DNA of 63,899 bases, filler included, from Octopus bimaculoides (GCF_001194135.2; 7 parts of 6 records of this genome joined end to end with filler, not necessarily neighbours in it), one strand, 5' to 3'; shown: positions 23,113-37,800, counted from the whole stretch's first letter. Notes: generated by a model from the sequence alone, not told the origin. Numbers and translations: made by a program.

Positions 23113-23529
23113 TATTTTTAATAAACAACTATACCATTTGATATTTCCTTATACGTAAGGTATTCATGACAAAAAACTGCATATACATACATATATACAT
23201 ATGCATACATACATACATACATACATACANNNNNNNNNNNNNNNNNNNNNNNNNNNNNNNNNNNNNNNNNNNNNNNNNNNNNNNNNNNNNNNNNNNNNNN
23301 NNNNNNNNNNNNNNNNNNNNNNNNNNNNNNNNNNNNNNNNNNNNNNNNNNNNNNNNNNNNNNNNNNNNNNNNNNNNNNNNNNNNNNNNNNNNNNNNNNNN
23401 NNNNNNNNNNNNNNNNNNNNNNNNNNNNNNNNNNNNNNNNNNNNNNNNNNNNNNNNNNNNNNNNNNNNNNNNNNNNNNNNNNNNNNNNNNNNNNNNNNNN
23501 NNNNNNNNNNNNNNNNTGTACATACATAC

Positions 23530-23569
<40 letters not shown>

Positions 23570-23805
23570 TTAATTATCGGGAGACTGTATAATTTAACTT
23601 CTCGCTTTTTTCTCCGAACGGGAATATTGCCAGCTCTTTCGAGAAGTAGGAGAAGCCAGCAAGTAATGATATTATCTCACCGGTTACTTACTTACTTTAG
23701 CCGAAATCTCTGCTTCTTACCACCTTAACAGAGCGTCTTTTAATCTTTTAGCGTTGTCAGATAAACACCTCACACACACAGAAACACAAACACGGATTCA
23801 TATAT

Positions 23806-23896
<91 letters not shown>

Positions 23897-25249
23897 CATT
23901 TATATATAAATACACACACATATATGTAGACAAGTATATGTATGTTTATATGCGTACATATATATGCCTTTGTGTGTGTATATATATATATATATATTCT
24001 AGGTATTTCTAAGCGATTTCATAACTGCTACAGTCAGTAATTACATCAGTTACAATTACGTTACTAACACGTTCGTCTGTAAGTAGTCTTTTGATGTTAG
24101 GTTATTTAGTGAACGGATTATTTATTCTATAGACTGAAGCCAATATTTGGTCTTGCAGAAAGAGAACCCCGACATAGCATACTAATATGAATATATTCTG
24201 ATATATTTCAATACAATGCCACTGTGAAATTATATAAGGGATCTTTGAGCCTCTGACGTGTGAGATTGTATATAAATGAAGTCTGGTACATTGATGTTTT
24301 ATTACTTCAGTTTCGGTTTTAACCCTCGTGATATAGCGCCCACTTGCGGATGTTATGAGCCTATAACTGAAAGATAGCAGGCAAGATGTCGTTACGAAAG
24401 TGCCGCATGTTTCGAGTGGTGATAAATTTTCTTAGTTATAGAATATTTGAATCCGGTAAAATAATTTCATTTAAAGCACGTATTCGAAAATATCAGCGTT
24501 CCAGTTAGAATATGACTAACATTGTCTTTCCATTGTTATTCTACAGAAACACGGTTGATGATGGGCCAAGGTTCAGTATAATTTCATTTTATATGTCTTC
24601 GCATTTTTTAGTAATTTCAGTAAAGCATTTAGCGTGTAGGGCACTGGTTCACACAAAAAGCTAAAACAAGCCACGTGAAAACGATGATTTATAAGAGACT
24701 ATCAATACTGGACAAAATAATATTCTTCCTGACCAAACTAGTCTGAATTTAAATCACAGAGCAGGAAAAATAATATAAGGGTTATTCACGGCTGGAATGA
24801 CAATTTACGTAAGTCAACTGGTTCGGCGCTGACTTTTAATTTGAGATATTACATGAGAAACTAAACAATAGCAAATATATTTAAATGACCAGAAGAAATA
24901 CATCGAAAGTAAGATGGGTTTCTTTACCTTATTTGTCATATTCTTAGAGGTGGAAGAAGATGTAGAATGGCTCAGTAGTTTAAACGGGTACTTCGCAAGA
25001 ACAATACCTATACTTCAAACTTGCTGTAGATTATTTCGGGCGAATGTATTTAATTCCTTAATATCTACATTGTCACATCAAATATAATACTTATTTATTC
25101 ATTTTGTTTTGAATTAATCTGCATAATCTCGCATTTATTTTGACTATAGGATTGTAGGATAGGCCTGAAACGCCTGATGTATGCGGTGTGTTTGCGGTGT
25201 GAACACAATACATGTGTCATATTCGGGTGTGATATGGCCGGTTTACTCC

Positions 25250-25280
<31 letters not shown>

Positions 25281-25432
25281 ATATGTATATATATATATAT
25301 ATTCGCGGTCGCTTCGCATCGCACTACAGGCGGTGTCATGGCCGAAAGCAATAATTATCAGACAAATGAGTCAATTGAAGCGATAAGTGAAGTGCATTCA
25401 AAGATACAGACAGCAGTAACGAGACGTCATAC

Positions 25433-25493
25433 CATAGTCTTCCAGTGACAACATCCTGATACATAGCAGACAAACGTCCGACAGGGCAATGAT
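25433..25493 (-). CDS. Exon (61 nt, phase 1 to 2): HCPVGRLSAMYQDVVTGRL(W)
   Basis: Acceptor atttatgccacag|, donor ATG|gtatga; TG|G completes Trp in frame with the 22678 exon. Confidence 0.6.
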
Positions 25494-25947
25494 CTGTGGC
25501 ATAAATTATTTGCCTTCTATGCCTCATATCTTAACCTCATTTGAATATCTTAACATTGGAACAAGGGTTAGCTTGATATTTATGTCATTAACTACATTTA
25601 CTAATCAGCTTTGTCAACTTAATTAAGATTTATCGGGTTAGTTACGCTAAGGAATTAACATTTATTGCTGAGGTTACTATAGGTTTTATTGCATTCATAT
25701 ATTTACTCTTCTCTGTTCAAATGTACTCCGATGTATTTGTTCGTTTCCTTCTTTACAAGCGTTTCATTCTTTCCATTCATAGAGAGATAGGTAGCTCCAT
25801 AAAGGAATGATGTTCCTATTAATTCATTATTCGTGTTGTTCCCATCCGGGAATTAGTTCTGATTTCAAATCTTGAATAATGAGATATAAAATAGACAGAA
25901 GAAATATCTTGTTGTATTACTCTATTTCTCTCTCCGCCATTTCTCTC

Positions 25948-26014
<67 letters not shown>

Positions 26015-26601
26015 NNNNNNNNNNNNNNNNNNNNNNNNNNNNNNNNNNNNNNNNNNNNNNNNNNNNNNNNNNNNNNNNNNNNNNNNNNNNNNNNNNNNNN
26101 NNNNNNNNNNNNNNNNNNNNNNNNNNNNNNNNNNNNNNNNNNNNNNNNNNNNNNNNNNNNNNNNNNNNNNNNNNNNNNNNNNNNNNNNNNNNNNNNNNNN
26201 NNNNNNNNNNNNNNNNNNNNNNNNNNNNNNNNNNNNNNNNNNNNNNNNNNNNNNNNNNNNNNNNNNNNNNNNNNNNNNNNNNNNNNNNNNNNNNNNNNNN
26301 NNNNNNNNNNNNNNNNNNNNNNNNNNNNNNNNNNNNNNNNNNNNNNNNNNNNNNNNNNNNNNNNNNNNNNNNNNNNNNNNNNNNNNNNNNNNNNNNNNNN
26401 NNNNNNNNNNNNNNNNNNNNNNNNNNNNNNNNNNNNNNNNNNNNNNNNNNNNNNNNNNNNNNNNNNNNNNNNNNNNNNNNNNNNNNNNNNNNNNNNNNNN
26501 NNNNNNNNNNNNNNNNNNNNNNNNNNNNNNNNNNNNNNNNNNNNNNNNNNNNNNNNNNNNNNNNNNNNNNNNNNNNNNNNNNNNNNNNNNNNNNNNNNNN
26601 N

Positions 26602-26636
<35 letters not shown>

Positions 26637-27832
26637 TTTATGTATGTATGTATGTATCCATCTATGTATCGATCGATCGATGTGCTCAACGATCTATCTA
26701 CCTATCTATTTGAATGTATGTAAGCGTGTTTCCTGCATCCGTAGTACATTTTGTTATACCGTTATATCAGTTTTGCTGACTGTGTGTATATACTACATTA
26801 GTAGGAAGTGAATAACTTGTCGTCAAATAATATTTGCAAACGAAAGCCGGTGCAATGTAATTGTTCTTACTACCAAGAGATAGATGGGTTTCAAGTAATT
26901 ATCTTTCTATTTATCAGAAAACCACGTAGTATTTATTGTAACATCCAAATGGATGCATTCATTAAGATGGCGGACCTATTCGAATTTCTATTCAACTCAT
27001 TGCAACTGAAGACAGACAATTGGCAGCTTTAAACGACTTGTAAAATTTCCAAAGGAAGTAACAATGTGCGCAAGACTACAGTAGCTTCTTACACGGTTTC
27101 TGCCGCCGTTGCTTATTAATTGCAACTAATATACGCGAACGAGATCTTTGAGAATGTACAAAATTCCCAAATGGTAATAGCCAGAATTAGATTAAATCCT
27201 TTATGGCGGCAAGCTTCAAAAACAGGACATTTTAGATATGATATTATGCGCTGTTATTGCTGCCCCCACTGAAACTACTACTCTGACTACTACTACTATT
27301 ATTGCTCTATGCCGTCATTGGACTTATAATCCTGCAGGCGAATGTCTTAGAATGGGCTATTTACCAAAAATAATGCTTTTATCGCTTTCAAGGAACCGAC
27401 ATTTTACAATTTAACCATGATGTATTATATTTACACTCACGGACGCAATCATACCAAAGCACATCACCACACGCGCACCCATACACATACATCACTAAGA
27501 CGAATACACGCATATCCACAGTAATTACGAAGTTAAATTAATAACGGGTTAGTAAGTCCAAATGGCATCGACTTCCATGTAAATGCATAATTGGCTAAAA
27601 TGATCCGATAAGGGAAATGTATTTAGCATAACAACAGAAAAAAAGATTAGATTTATATACGGGTCATAATATAAACTGTGCCTAACATCTGTTTTAGTAA
27701 ATGCGTAATTAAACAATTCTGTTTAAAACTAAATTTGATCAAAATTAATTTCACATCTGCGGAAACCCAACCCCTCAGAAATGATAAGATATATATATGT
27801 GAATGTGTGCTTGTTCCTTTGTTTGTTTCTGT

Positions 27833-27869
<37 letters not shown>

Positions 27870-28041
27870 NNNNNNNNNNNNNNNNNNNNNNNNNNNNNNN
27901 NNNNNNNNNNNNNNNNNNNNNNNNNNNNNNNNNNNNNNNNNNNNNNNNNNNNNNNNNNNNNNNNNNNNNNNNNNNNNNNNNNNNNNNNNNNNNNNNNNNN
28001 NNNNNNNNNNNNNNNNNNNNNNNNNNNNNNNNNNNNNNNNN

Positions 28042-28101
<60 letters not shown>

Positions 28102-28317
28102 CCAACCTGGTCTGCAAATACTATACTCGCTGTTTATGCAAATATAGAATGTTTTTCATATAAATGTGAATATCGTTACCCGAAGCTATGCAGTATATAT
28201 CTAAAATGGCAGAAAAAGGTTTTTTAAAGATGTACACGTGGCACTGAATGCAAATTTTTCCAGTCAAAAAAATGTCACAATTCACCGGAAATGAAAGAGT
28301 TCCTTAAAGTGAGTCAC

Positions 28318-28363
28318 TTTCATATCTATATGACAGAAATTTTGAGAACGCGAGAGATGGCTC
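28318..28363 (-). CDS. Weak candidate exon (46 nt, phase 0 to 1): EPSLAFSKFLSYRYE
   Basis: Acceptor atattttgtcacag|, moderate donor AAA|gtgact; needed only if the long form of the 28789 exon is used. Confidence 0.25.
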
Positions 28364-28527
28364 CTGTGACAAAATATGAATGCGTATTTTCGGACATGGA
28401 GTGACAATACGCTTCCAAAAGTTGTCACGAGAGAATTAATAAGAACGGCCAACTCTTAGTGGATACAAACAATAGAATAAGTATACGGAGCTGATATAGC
28501 ATAAAGATGCAGAAATGCATGACATAC

Positions 28528-28789
28528 GGTCGGTAAAGTCATTCGTGGCCTAGCGTTCTGTTCCCAACCATATTCTCTATAAGGAAAAATTCTTCTCCCG
28601 TGACAATTTGCGTAGCATATTACCTTTCCATGTCTGAAAGCACAGGAATATGTTAAATAAAACTGCACGTAGCTAACCTTTCTTTCTATACTGCGTAGTT
28701 GTGTCCCGTGAGAGGATTTGACCGTTAAAAGGTAACGTTCCAAATGAATGAGGATAGGGTATGAACTCTGCATAGACACCCGTGCCAGA
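28528..28789 (-). CDS. Candidate exon with two readings: 112 nt (28678-28789, SGTGVYAEFIPYPHSFGTLPFNGQILSRDTTTQYRKK) or 262 nt (28528-28789, LARVSMQSSYPILIHLERY...RPRMTLPT)
   Basis: Good acceptor tgtctttcctccag|; donors AAG|gttagc at 28678 and ACC|gtatgt at 28528. Both readings can be joined in phase to the 25493 exon. Confidence 0.5.
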
Positions 28790-29384
28790 CTGGAGGAAAG
28801 ACAATACCCGCTAAGGTGGAAATTGAACTGAGGATTATAAAACTCATCACAAATGCCAATAATCATTCCGTTCGGCGCCCTAGCAAGTGTTTAGCCTTCG
28901 CCAAAATAACAACAACAGCAAAAGACCAACAAAAGAGCAACAGGAAAATTCAGTATTTTCAAAGTAGAGAGAAAAATCTCCAAGAAACTGGAACGAAGTA
29001 GATTTGTGCTTCAAAGCATCGCATAAGAACAATTGCACCTGCAAGTATATATTCTTACAGTATTGATAAATGCAACATCAATGGAACATTCGGTAAATAT
29101 GTGGTAGACTGGAACTTATCTCACTTCTGAAAGGTTCTCTTAGGTGTGTAAGTGTGTATTTTTCTTTTTGTGCTGCTTGGGAAATCACTGAACATTTTAT
29201 AATGAACTTATAGATATGTGTTTTAGTAAGTTAATCGGAAAGATATAGAAGCGAATTTATTGCTCTTTTGTTTTTCAATTGCTGGCCCATCCTTCACTTT
29301 CTGTGCCCTTCTATCTCCCACTACATATATGCAAATATGTATATATAATATAATACTACACACACACACAGACACACAGACACA

Positions 29385-29420
<36 letters not shown>

Positions 29421-29555
29421 NNNNNNNNNNNNNNNNNNNNNNNNNNNNNNNNNNNNNNNNNNNNNNNNNNNNNNNNNNNNNNNNNNNNNNNNNNNNNNNN
29501 NATATATATACATATATATACCTATATATATATGTATGTATATACAACTTCTGCA

Positions 29556-29860
29556 ACCACATCAACCGAACATCTGGCCAACTAACTTCCCAGACTGCGA
29601 CCATCCTGATTATTATGTGTGGGGCGCAGTTGAGGGGAAAGACCAAAGAAAAAAAAAACTCTTTCTAACACCAACCATGAACTGAAGACAAGGATTATGG
29701 CAGTATTCACTAACTTAAGCGAGGAGACCGTCCTGAGGAGTTGCAGCCGATTCCGAAATCCTCTCGAGCCCGTAGTTGCTCTTTAGTATTTCAAGATATT
29801 TTTACGTAATTTTGGGAAATATATCTGTTAAAATGAATTGTCAATGTTATTTTCATGTGT
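29556..29860 (+). mobile_element. Tc1/mariner (maT/DD37D-like) transposase C-terminal remnant
   Basis: IWPTNFPDCDHPDYYVWGAVE...ELKTRIMAVFTNLSEETVLRSCSRFRNPLEPVV, a decayed WPPNSPDxNPLDYYVWG pattern, frameshifted at an A-run. Confidence 0.85.
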
Positions 29861-30700
29861 GCGTTACTTAGACGATAGTCCCCCCCCCCTATATACATAC
29901 ATGTGTTTGTGTATGTATTTATATATGTATGTACTGAATGAAAATAACGAGTGCAGAATGTTAGAAAATTCTGATGGATGCAACCTGCAAAAGTACGATA
30001 TGATAAGGAAAGGAAAGTTAAAATATTGTTGCTGACTCGAGAATTAGCTAAATAAATTTCTGAAATTGATCATCAATTTTTAAAAACAAAATTTTTTGCT
30101 TCACATTGCAAACATTTGATATTTAAGATTATATTTTTTATCTCACAATTTCTTTGTATTAAACTAAAATATTTCTATCTTATTTTTAGTATTAAATTAT
30201 ATATTCCATTTTATTTTTTTGACAAAACTCATTATCCAAAAATCTTGAATCACAAATATTGTGTTAAAATTAAACTCGTGTAGAATGTATACGATTTAAA
30301 AAAAAAATTTCAAAATAGTAAAGAAGCTTAGTGAAACAAAAATATGATTTTTTTTTAAAGTTTACATTATCAGATAACAGAATATTTTCTATTCAAAACC
30401 AGAAGAATGTGTAAAAATATGCAAGGTAATGAACTAATGGAATGCAATATGTAGAATTTTTTTCAACTTTAGGGATTATAAAACATTGTCAATATTTCTT
30501 AAATTGTTATTATGTGACTTTTATATATACATAAAGCATGAAATTTGTGATATTCTGTCAACTATACACAATCTATGTTGGCGAGTGTACGTCCCCGTAA
30601 CTTAGCGATTCGGTATATATATCCGATAGAATAAGTACTAGCAACTGAAACAATCAAAAGAAATAAAAGAGAGATAGATAGATAGATAGATAGATAGATA

Positions 30701-30770
30701 CATTTCTTTTATTAGCCACACAGGGCTCAACGAAGATGGGACAAATACAATGTAGAGCTTTTCTTTTGGG
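30701..30770 (-). mobile_element. Retroposon 3' end fragment resembling the family A SINE tail
   Basis: atttcttttattagccacacagggctcaacgaagatgggacaaa compared with atttctttattgcccactaggggctaaacatagaggggacaaa at 44103. Confidence 0.4.
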
Positions 30771-31789
30771 GAGGGGGAAGGAAGGAAAAAAAAGGGAAAG
30801 AATGAAAAAAAAATAGATAGATAGATAGAAGGATGGATGGATGGATGGATGGATGGATGGATGGATAGATAGATAGATTTAATTTCATAACAATTTAACT
30901 CTGTTCGATCTCCTTAACGTCTCTTTGGAGCGTTGGATACGCATATCTCATCAAATCCTTGGAGCAGATCGATAATGCTTGAGAGAAATTCAAGAGAGCT
31001 TTTAATTGTTCGAACTATATTGGTTAGCTCAGGTCACTTGGTATAAAGAATACGACAGAGGTGCAAGCTATTGTCTTTATTCTAAAATGGATGTGTTGGG
31101 ATAGAATTTTCCCAGCCTTCTGGCGCCACGTTGGCAGTAGGCTGCACCACATTTCTTTCAGTGATTCCATCCATCCATCCATCCATCCATCCATCTATAC
31201 ATACATACATACATACATACATACATACATACACATGTATATATATAATCATGGAGACTGGTAGGGGAAAATAGTTTGACAGGAGAGCTAGGAAGAAGGG
31301 GAGATAATAAAGTACTGGTGAAACCAAAACAAAGGTGCTTGAGTGTATGTATATGTGAAAACGTGTGTGTGTGTGGATAGGGGCTAGTGGCTTTCACGTG
31401 TGGATGTGTGCGTGCGTAAGTGTGTGCCTCTGTAATGTGTGGGTGTGTGGATGATCACGTGTGCGTTGCAGATGATAGTGTGGTGGTGTGGTGTAGTGGT
31501 GAGGTGTAGTGGTGGGGTGTGGAATGTGGGGATGTGAGGGTTAAGTGTGGGTGTGGGGGAGATTGGGGTTAAGCTAATCAATCGAATATTTCTCACGCGA
31601 TTAGTTAACAATTTATCGATCTATTGGCTTGCGAAAAGCTTTAAGCGTAAATTTAAGTTACCTAAGTATTATGTTAAGCTAGAATATCGTACAGGTTTTT
31701 TTTTTCGAAAAGGTTTACTTTTTTCATTTCAGGTGGAGAATATTCTACGCCATTGTGAAATAGCATTCAACAATGTGTGACACTTATAA

Positions 31790-32480
31790 CAGAAATGGGT
31801 GGGGACTCATAAATATTTGCTGAGCGCACATCAGATTGATTTTTGAACAAAGCTTTTCATACTGTCTTCCTTTTTATGCTTCTTTTAAAACCAAATGTAA
31901 TATTTGTAGGGATTCTTTTCAACAAAAGCATTGAATATTTCTTTAAGAGAATTGATAAATTGTGACTTCGTCGTACATTGTCTAAAACCTTCTTCTGCAC
32001 GATAATATTCTTCCTTTGACTTGTGAAACTCTTGAAATGTTTAAGAATTTAGCTTCAATTTCAGAATATAGTGTAACGTTGACGGCGAAATATTAACCTC
32101 GACTGATGCATATATCAATAACTTCCTTAGACTAAATTCAAAAGCTTCTTCCGCGCTGAGTGGTTGCCTTCCGGAACGTGGTTTATGACATAGTGACATA
32201 TTTTCTTTAAATTGCTTTAATTGAATTCCTAAGAGGTGCATTTCTTCTATAACAAGTTATGAATCTTCTTACACAGACTTCAATTTTAGTCGGCGTAGAA
32301 GACACTCAATCTCTTCGATTATTGTTACCACTTCTAAAACCTTCAATTGCTCCCAAATAAATCAAAATAAAGTACATTTAGTTAGAAGTGTTTTAAGAAC
32401 GCCAACGTAGTGGTGCATAAGTATTTATAAAATTCAACGTAAAGATATAGTGCACATAAAGATATATTGTCGCTTTGGCG
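31790..32480 (-). mobile_element. Tc1/mariner transposase N-terminal (HTH) remnant
   Basis: KQFKENMSLCHKPRSGRQPLS...ASVEVNISPSTLHYILKLKL contains the RSGRP linker and HTH pattern; multiple stops; boundaries approximate. Confidence 0.65.
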
Positions 32481-32799
32481 GATATCACTATGTATCAACA
32501 AACAAATTATGTGCTCACCCCTATAAGCAAGTCTCAAGGTAATAGCTTAGACGTATGATCTGAGGGTAGCTTTGATGGAAGTAACATAGCCATTTTGAAA
32601 CTTAGGTGTCTCAAAGTCCTCCTAACTCAATGAAACGTGTGTGTTGGAAACACAGATTGCTGAATGGCTAATCGCACATTCACGCTGCAATGTACATGTT
32701 ATGAACGTGTTAAGAATCATTATGCACCTTATTGTATTTATGCGAGAATGTATTTGCGCAGCTAAAGCAATCAGGCAGAGTAAAAACATATGTGTAGGC

Positions 32800-32850
<51 letters not shown>

Positions 32851-32898
32851 CAAACACACATACATACATACATACATACATTCTTCAATATCCGTAGA

Positions 32899-33075
32899 AG
32901 GCAGCGAGCTGGCAGAAACGTTAGCACGCCGGGCGAAATGCTTAGCAGTATTTCGTCTGCCTTTACGTTCTGAGTTCAAATTCCGCTGAGGTCGACTATG
33001 CCTTTCATCCTTTCGGGATCGATTAAATAAGTACCAGTTGCGTACTGTGTTCGATATAATCGACTTAATCTGTCT
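32899..33075 (+). mobile_element. Family A SINE
   Basis: ggcagcgagctggcagaaacgttagcacgccgggcgaaatgcttagc...ttctgagttcaaattccgctgaggtcgac...aagtaccagttgcgtactg. Confidence 0.9.
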
Positions 33076-33171
33076 GTCTGTCTGTCCTATATATATGATT
33101 GTTATACGGCTAACATTTCAAGTTACGTACAATATTATTATAGGAAGAAATTCAAAATCTTACACCTATTT

Positions 33172-33239
<68 letters not shown>

Positions 33240-34773
33240 CGTGTTTGTGTGCGTGTGTGTATATGCGTGTGTGTATATGTGTGTGTGCGTGTGTGTATAT
33301 GTGTGTGCTTGTGTGTGTATGTATATGAGGCTGGGTGGGGTTTAATGTCTATATGTCTGTATTCCGATACCTATTTATAGATGGACACATTAAATGGTAA
33401 TAAACTAATAAACTAATAAACTAATCAAAATACATGCGATCAGTCTCACATATTATATATGGACATGCGAGCATATTATTTACGCTCATATTGACACATG
33501 AAAACAGTCACACACACACACACATACTCTTATGTTCTTATTCACAAATAATGAAAATATAAATTTTCACTCGCAGTCATATATATATATATATACATAT
33601 ATATATGTATATATATNNNNNNNNNNNNNNNNNNNNNNNNNNNNNNNNNNNNNNNNNNNNTTAATTAATTAANNNNNNNNNNNNNNNNNNNNNNNNNNNN
33701 NNNNNNNNNNNNNNNNTATATACATATGTATATATATATACACATATCTACACACACCTATATATACATATTTATATCCACACATATACATATATACATG
33801 TATACACATATATATATTTATATATTTATACACACACATAGTATTTATATATATATGATATATACATACAGGCACACACACACACACATCTACACACATA
33901 CACATATACAAACATACATACGCACACACACATATAAATATGCATAAACATATACATACACAAAAATACACACACACACAATCATGCGTGCATATTTATG
34001 TATACGACACACGTGTAATTGTTATGGAACGAAAGGTTAAATTTATTATAGTCATATATCTTATAATGTCTTGTACTATAAAAAAAATATCGTATTATGA
34101 ATTATTTAGATTATCCCTGTATTGAGAATGATCTAAACGCTGCGAGATGGCAGTTTGTACTATTAATATATTAGCATTCGAAAGTTAACTTGTTATCTTC
34201 GCGAATATTCTAGCCGTTAAATACTATTCTTCTATTATTTACCCAATCATATTTTCATCAAATTTGAACTACTAGATTTCTTTGTAATGTAGTTAAGAAG
34301 AGCCACACGGCGCAGTCAATTCATTTCTATGGAAAGCTGATAGCATAAGTAATTGAGTTTTGACAATATATGCCGAAGATAGCCTCTAAAGCATTGAGAT
34401 ATCCCGTGCATGTGGTGCTGACGCTTATTGATAAGAGTGTTATCTTATTTTACAATAATCGATTATCATAGGAAATAATAAATATACTAACGCAGTGATA
34501 TAGAATAAGAATTTTTCATTATGTAGACGTTCTTTAATTTTATTTTGTTCAAACCTAATATTATGGATATTTGTGGAGATGTCTCGCATAAAATCAAATC
34601 ATTCGAGTTAGTTTATCTCTCTCTGATTGTTGGTGACTAAAAACCGATTATCGATATAGGTTTCTGTGGCTGATTTCTCTTTGGATAATTCTTAACCGAC
34701 TGCAATCTGCAGCCTGAGCTTCTCAGGTGTTTAATAAGAAGCGTCTATTTGTCTCCATACATACATACATACA

Positions 34774-34805
<32 letters not shown>

Positions 34806-36240
34806 AGGTTCGACAATCCTATCACATTTCAAGGTGGGAACGAAAGAATGAATGTTTCCTTGGTTTTAATTGATATATTCAATGAAGATAATATTTTCTC
34901 TCATTATTGATAACATTATCCAATCTATTTGACAAATTGTTGATTCCTCGGGCATGTATCGCAGCAAAGAAACTTCCAGTGTCATTTTTAACCTCTTCAA
35001 AGTTAAAGCTATTTACCCTCTAAGTAAAGTTGCAATGCTCTGCAATGCTCTGCAATGCTCTGCAATGCTCTGAAAAGATTATAATTAGAACGAGAAAATT
35101 CAAGAGAACAAGTTGAGGAACGCAAAACTTCCATATTTGGTACCAACTCTTTTCCCCAGTGTCTTGGGCAATATGTTCTCTGCCATTATGGGTTAAGAAA
35201 CCTACGTGTTTACGATTGACTAATGATGTGTGCTCTTTCTTCAAATTTGTGCACCACTTCTATTTGACAACGATAATTCTCCGCATTAACTCTTACATTT
35301 CGGTTTAACACTTCATGATATACGACACCTTTCGTATCCCACCAAACCCAGAGTCTGACTTTTTTTCAGGTGTAGTCAGTTCTGGTGTGGAGGTGAATTC
35401 ACCGGTTTCGCTGGGTGCTAATAGCTGTCAATTTCGTATATTATATTGCTGAGCAGAGATATCTGAGATGAAGGTGAGCATAGGTAATGTGTTTCAGAAA
35501 AGAGCGCATTGAATTGTCAGGATTCCGTAAGAAATCTCCCAGCTAGCGATACTTAATTGGCTTTGTTTGAAGAAGGACAAATGCAGTAATTAAAGAGAAC
35601 TTTTTTTTTTTTGTAACAGAACCTGGACAGAATTTCAGCTTTGTGCAGAGAAAAGAAAACTAAACACTGCAAAAATTTAGTTCCCAGATCTATTATTTTG
35701 GTCGTTCCTGTCAAACTGCTACTATGTTGCAGTTACCAGTTCATTTCTCTAAATTAAAGTAAATGTATGTTTGGAATCGTCCCACTGGTGACTTAATTTA
35801 AAGATATCCTAACTTGAAATCATTGAGAATGATTTGGGATTTTTAAACAGATCTATTCCATCGCTGCATCGGAAAAAGATGTAACATGTCAGTACAAATT
35901 TGTATTTCAATTTGAAATATACTATGTTATTTAAAAAAGTCGTGTCTTTCATTTTTTCTAACAAATGTCAGCAAGAATTACAATTATTTTATAACATTCT
36001 GAATGCTGAACTAAATGCTGGTGCCCATGCAGAGACTAAAAAGAATTTATAAAATGTAAAGAACACGAAACTTAACAGCTGATACACGTCAAATTTCAAT
36101 CGCCCTGAGGACACAACCTTGCTATTTTGGTTGATTGTTCAAGCGTTATGTTTAGCAAATCAATAAATTTTCAACATGTGCAGTTGATTTGTTTATTTTA
36201 ACAATCTTCTCATCTAAGAAGGCTCTCTAGACTTTCTAAC

Positions 36241-36345
36241 CTTGCATCTGGAAACTTTCCATTGAATGTAATCTTTGACGAATCTTAGTGTATCTTTATT
36301 AGATTCTGTGATTCTAAACATGGGTGACGCCATCTTGACACAAAG
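36241..36345 (-). CDS. Candidate exon (105 nt, phase 0 to 0): LCVKMASPMFRITESNKDTLRFVKDYIQWKVSRCK
   Basis: Acceptor atccagttccatag|, donor AAG|gttaga; in phase with the short reading of the 28789 exon. Confidence 0.35.
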
Positions 36346-37562
36346 CTATGGAACTGGATATTAATCCTAAATAACATCAAAGTCTCTGAAGATTGCATGA
36401 AGGCACCAGGTGTTTTGTTAAATACTGTCTAGGTTACTTTTCTTTGCATGAAACTACTAGTAGGTCATAAAAAAAATATATACTGTCTTTATTGAATAAT
36501 ATATATATATATATATACGTATATATATATATATACGTATATATATATATATACGTATATATATATATATACGTATATATTTTTGAATTTCGGGATGGTC
36601 ATATTTTTGCCAAATTAATACACGCACTATATATTCGTTTTTCACTCGTTTATTACTGTTCTTATTCTCATGCTCATTGTCTTTTGCTCACAGGATTTTT
36701 CAGACAGAGAATCTGTGTCGATAACCAGCTGCAAAATATGTCTTCCTGGGATTTAAAGGTAGTAACATGGTCCTACGGATGACTACCGTCTCACGTTGGC
36801 AAATAGATTTCACTATGTATATATATATAGCATGCACTCGTAAAATATCTATGCCAGTATCACATATGAAGTATCCATGCAGATGCTACATATATGCGAC
36901 TGTACTGAAAATTTCCTGGCGCTACGGGTATCGTGAAACGCCTGGTTGGAGGCCCAACATACCAAGTTACTTTACGGGATTTTAAAAAATACTGAATTCA
37001 CTGCTGCAATAAGTGTATGAATCAGAGAGAGGAATATATTGACCCTCTTGTATTTTTTAACCAAATCCAGGATCTTCTCGTCACTCCATCGTAAGTAAAT
37101 TTAATATTTGCTAAATTTAGAGCGTCCACTCCTGATTCGAAATAAATTAACAATTCGACAAGGCGTTGGAAACAAAGGATCCGGAAAATTTATGTTTTAC
37201 CTGTTTTATGATGTAAAATAGCACTTCTAATAGTAAAAGAGATTCGAATTATCAATCCCTTGGTCCAATATTCTTTACACTATCCACGCAACGGTTTATA
37301 CACTCGGTGGCTAATTACTAGGAAAATATCAATATTTAAAATAGAAAGCTTTCCACCGAAAACTTCATTTGTTAATTTCCTAATTTAATTACTACTACTA
37401 ATTGAATCGAGAGAAAAAAAGTATTCCCCATTTCCTCTCTCAAGCACGCTATATCTCATTCATTCTTTATATACTTAGGCAAACACACACATATTTAAAC
37501 GCATATAAACCTATGTGCAAACATAAGCACGGACAAGCAGATACTTGCACACTCATAAGTGT

Positions 37563-37677
<115 letters not shown>

Positions 37678-37760
37678 GTTCATACATATATATATATATG
37701 TATATATATATATTTACACAACGATACATTTATACAGAACACACACACATTCACGCGCAT

Positions 37761-37800
<40 letters not shown>

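Noticed and set aside
35014-35056. (TGCAATGCTC)x3 within a minus-strand exon-like segment
   Set aside because: A short local tandem duplication; the phases do not fit the chain.
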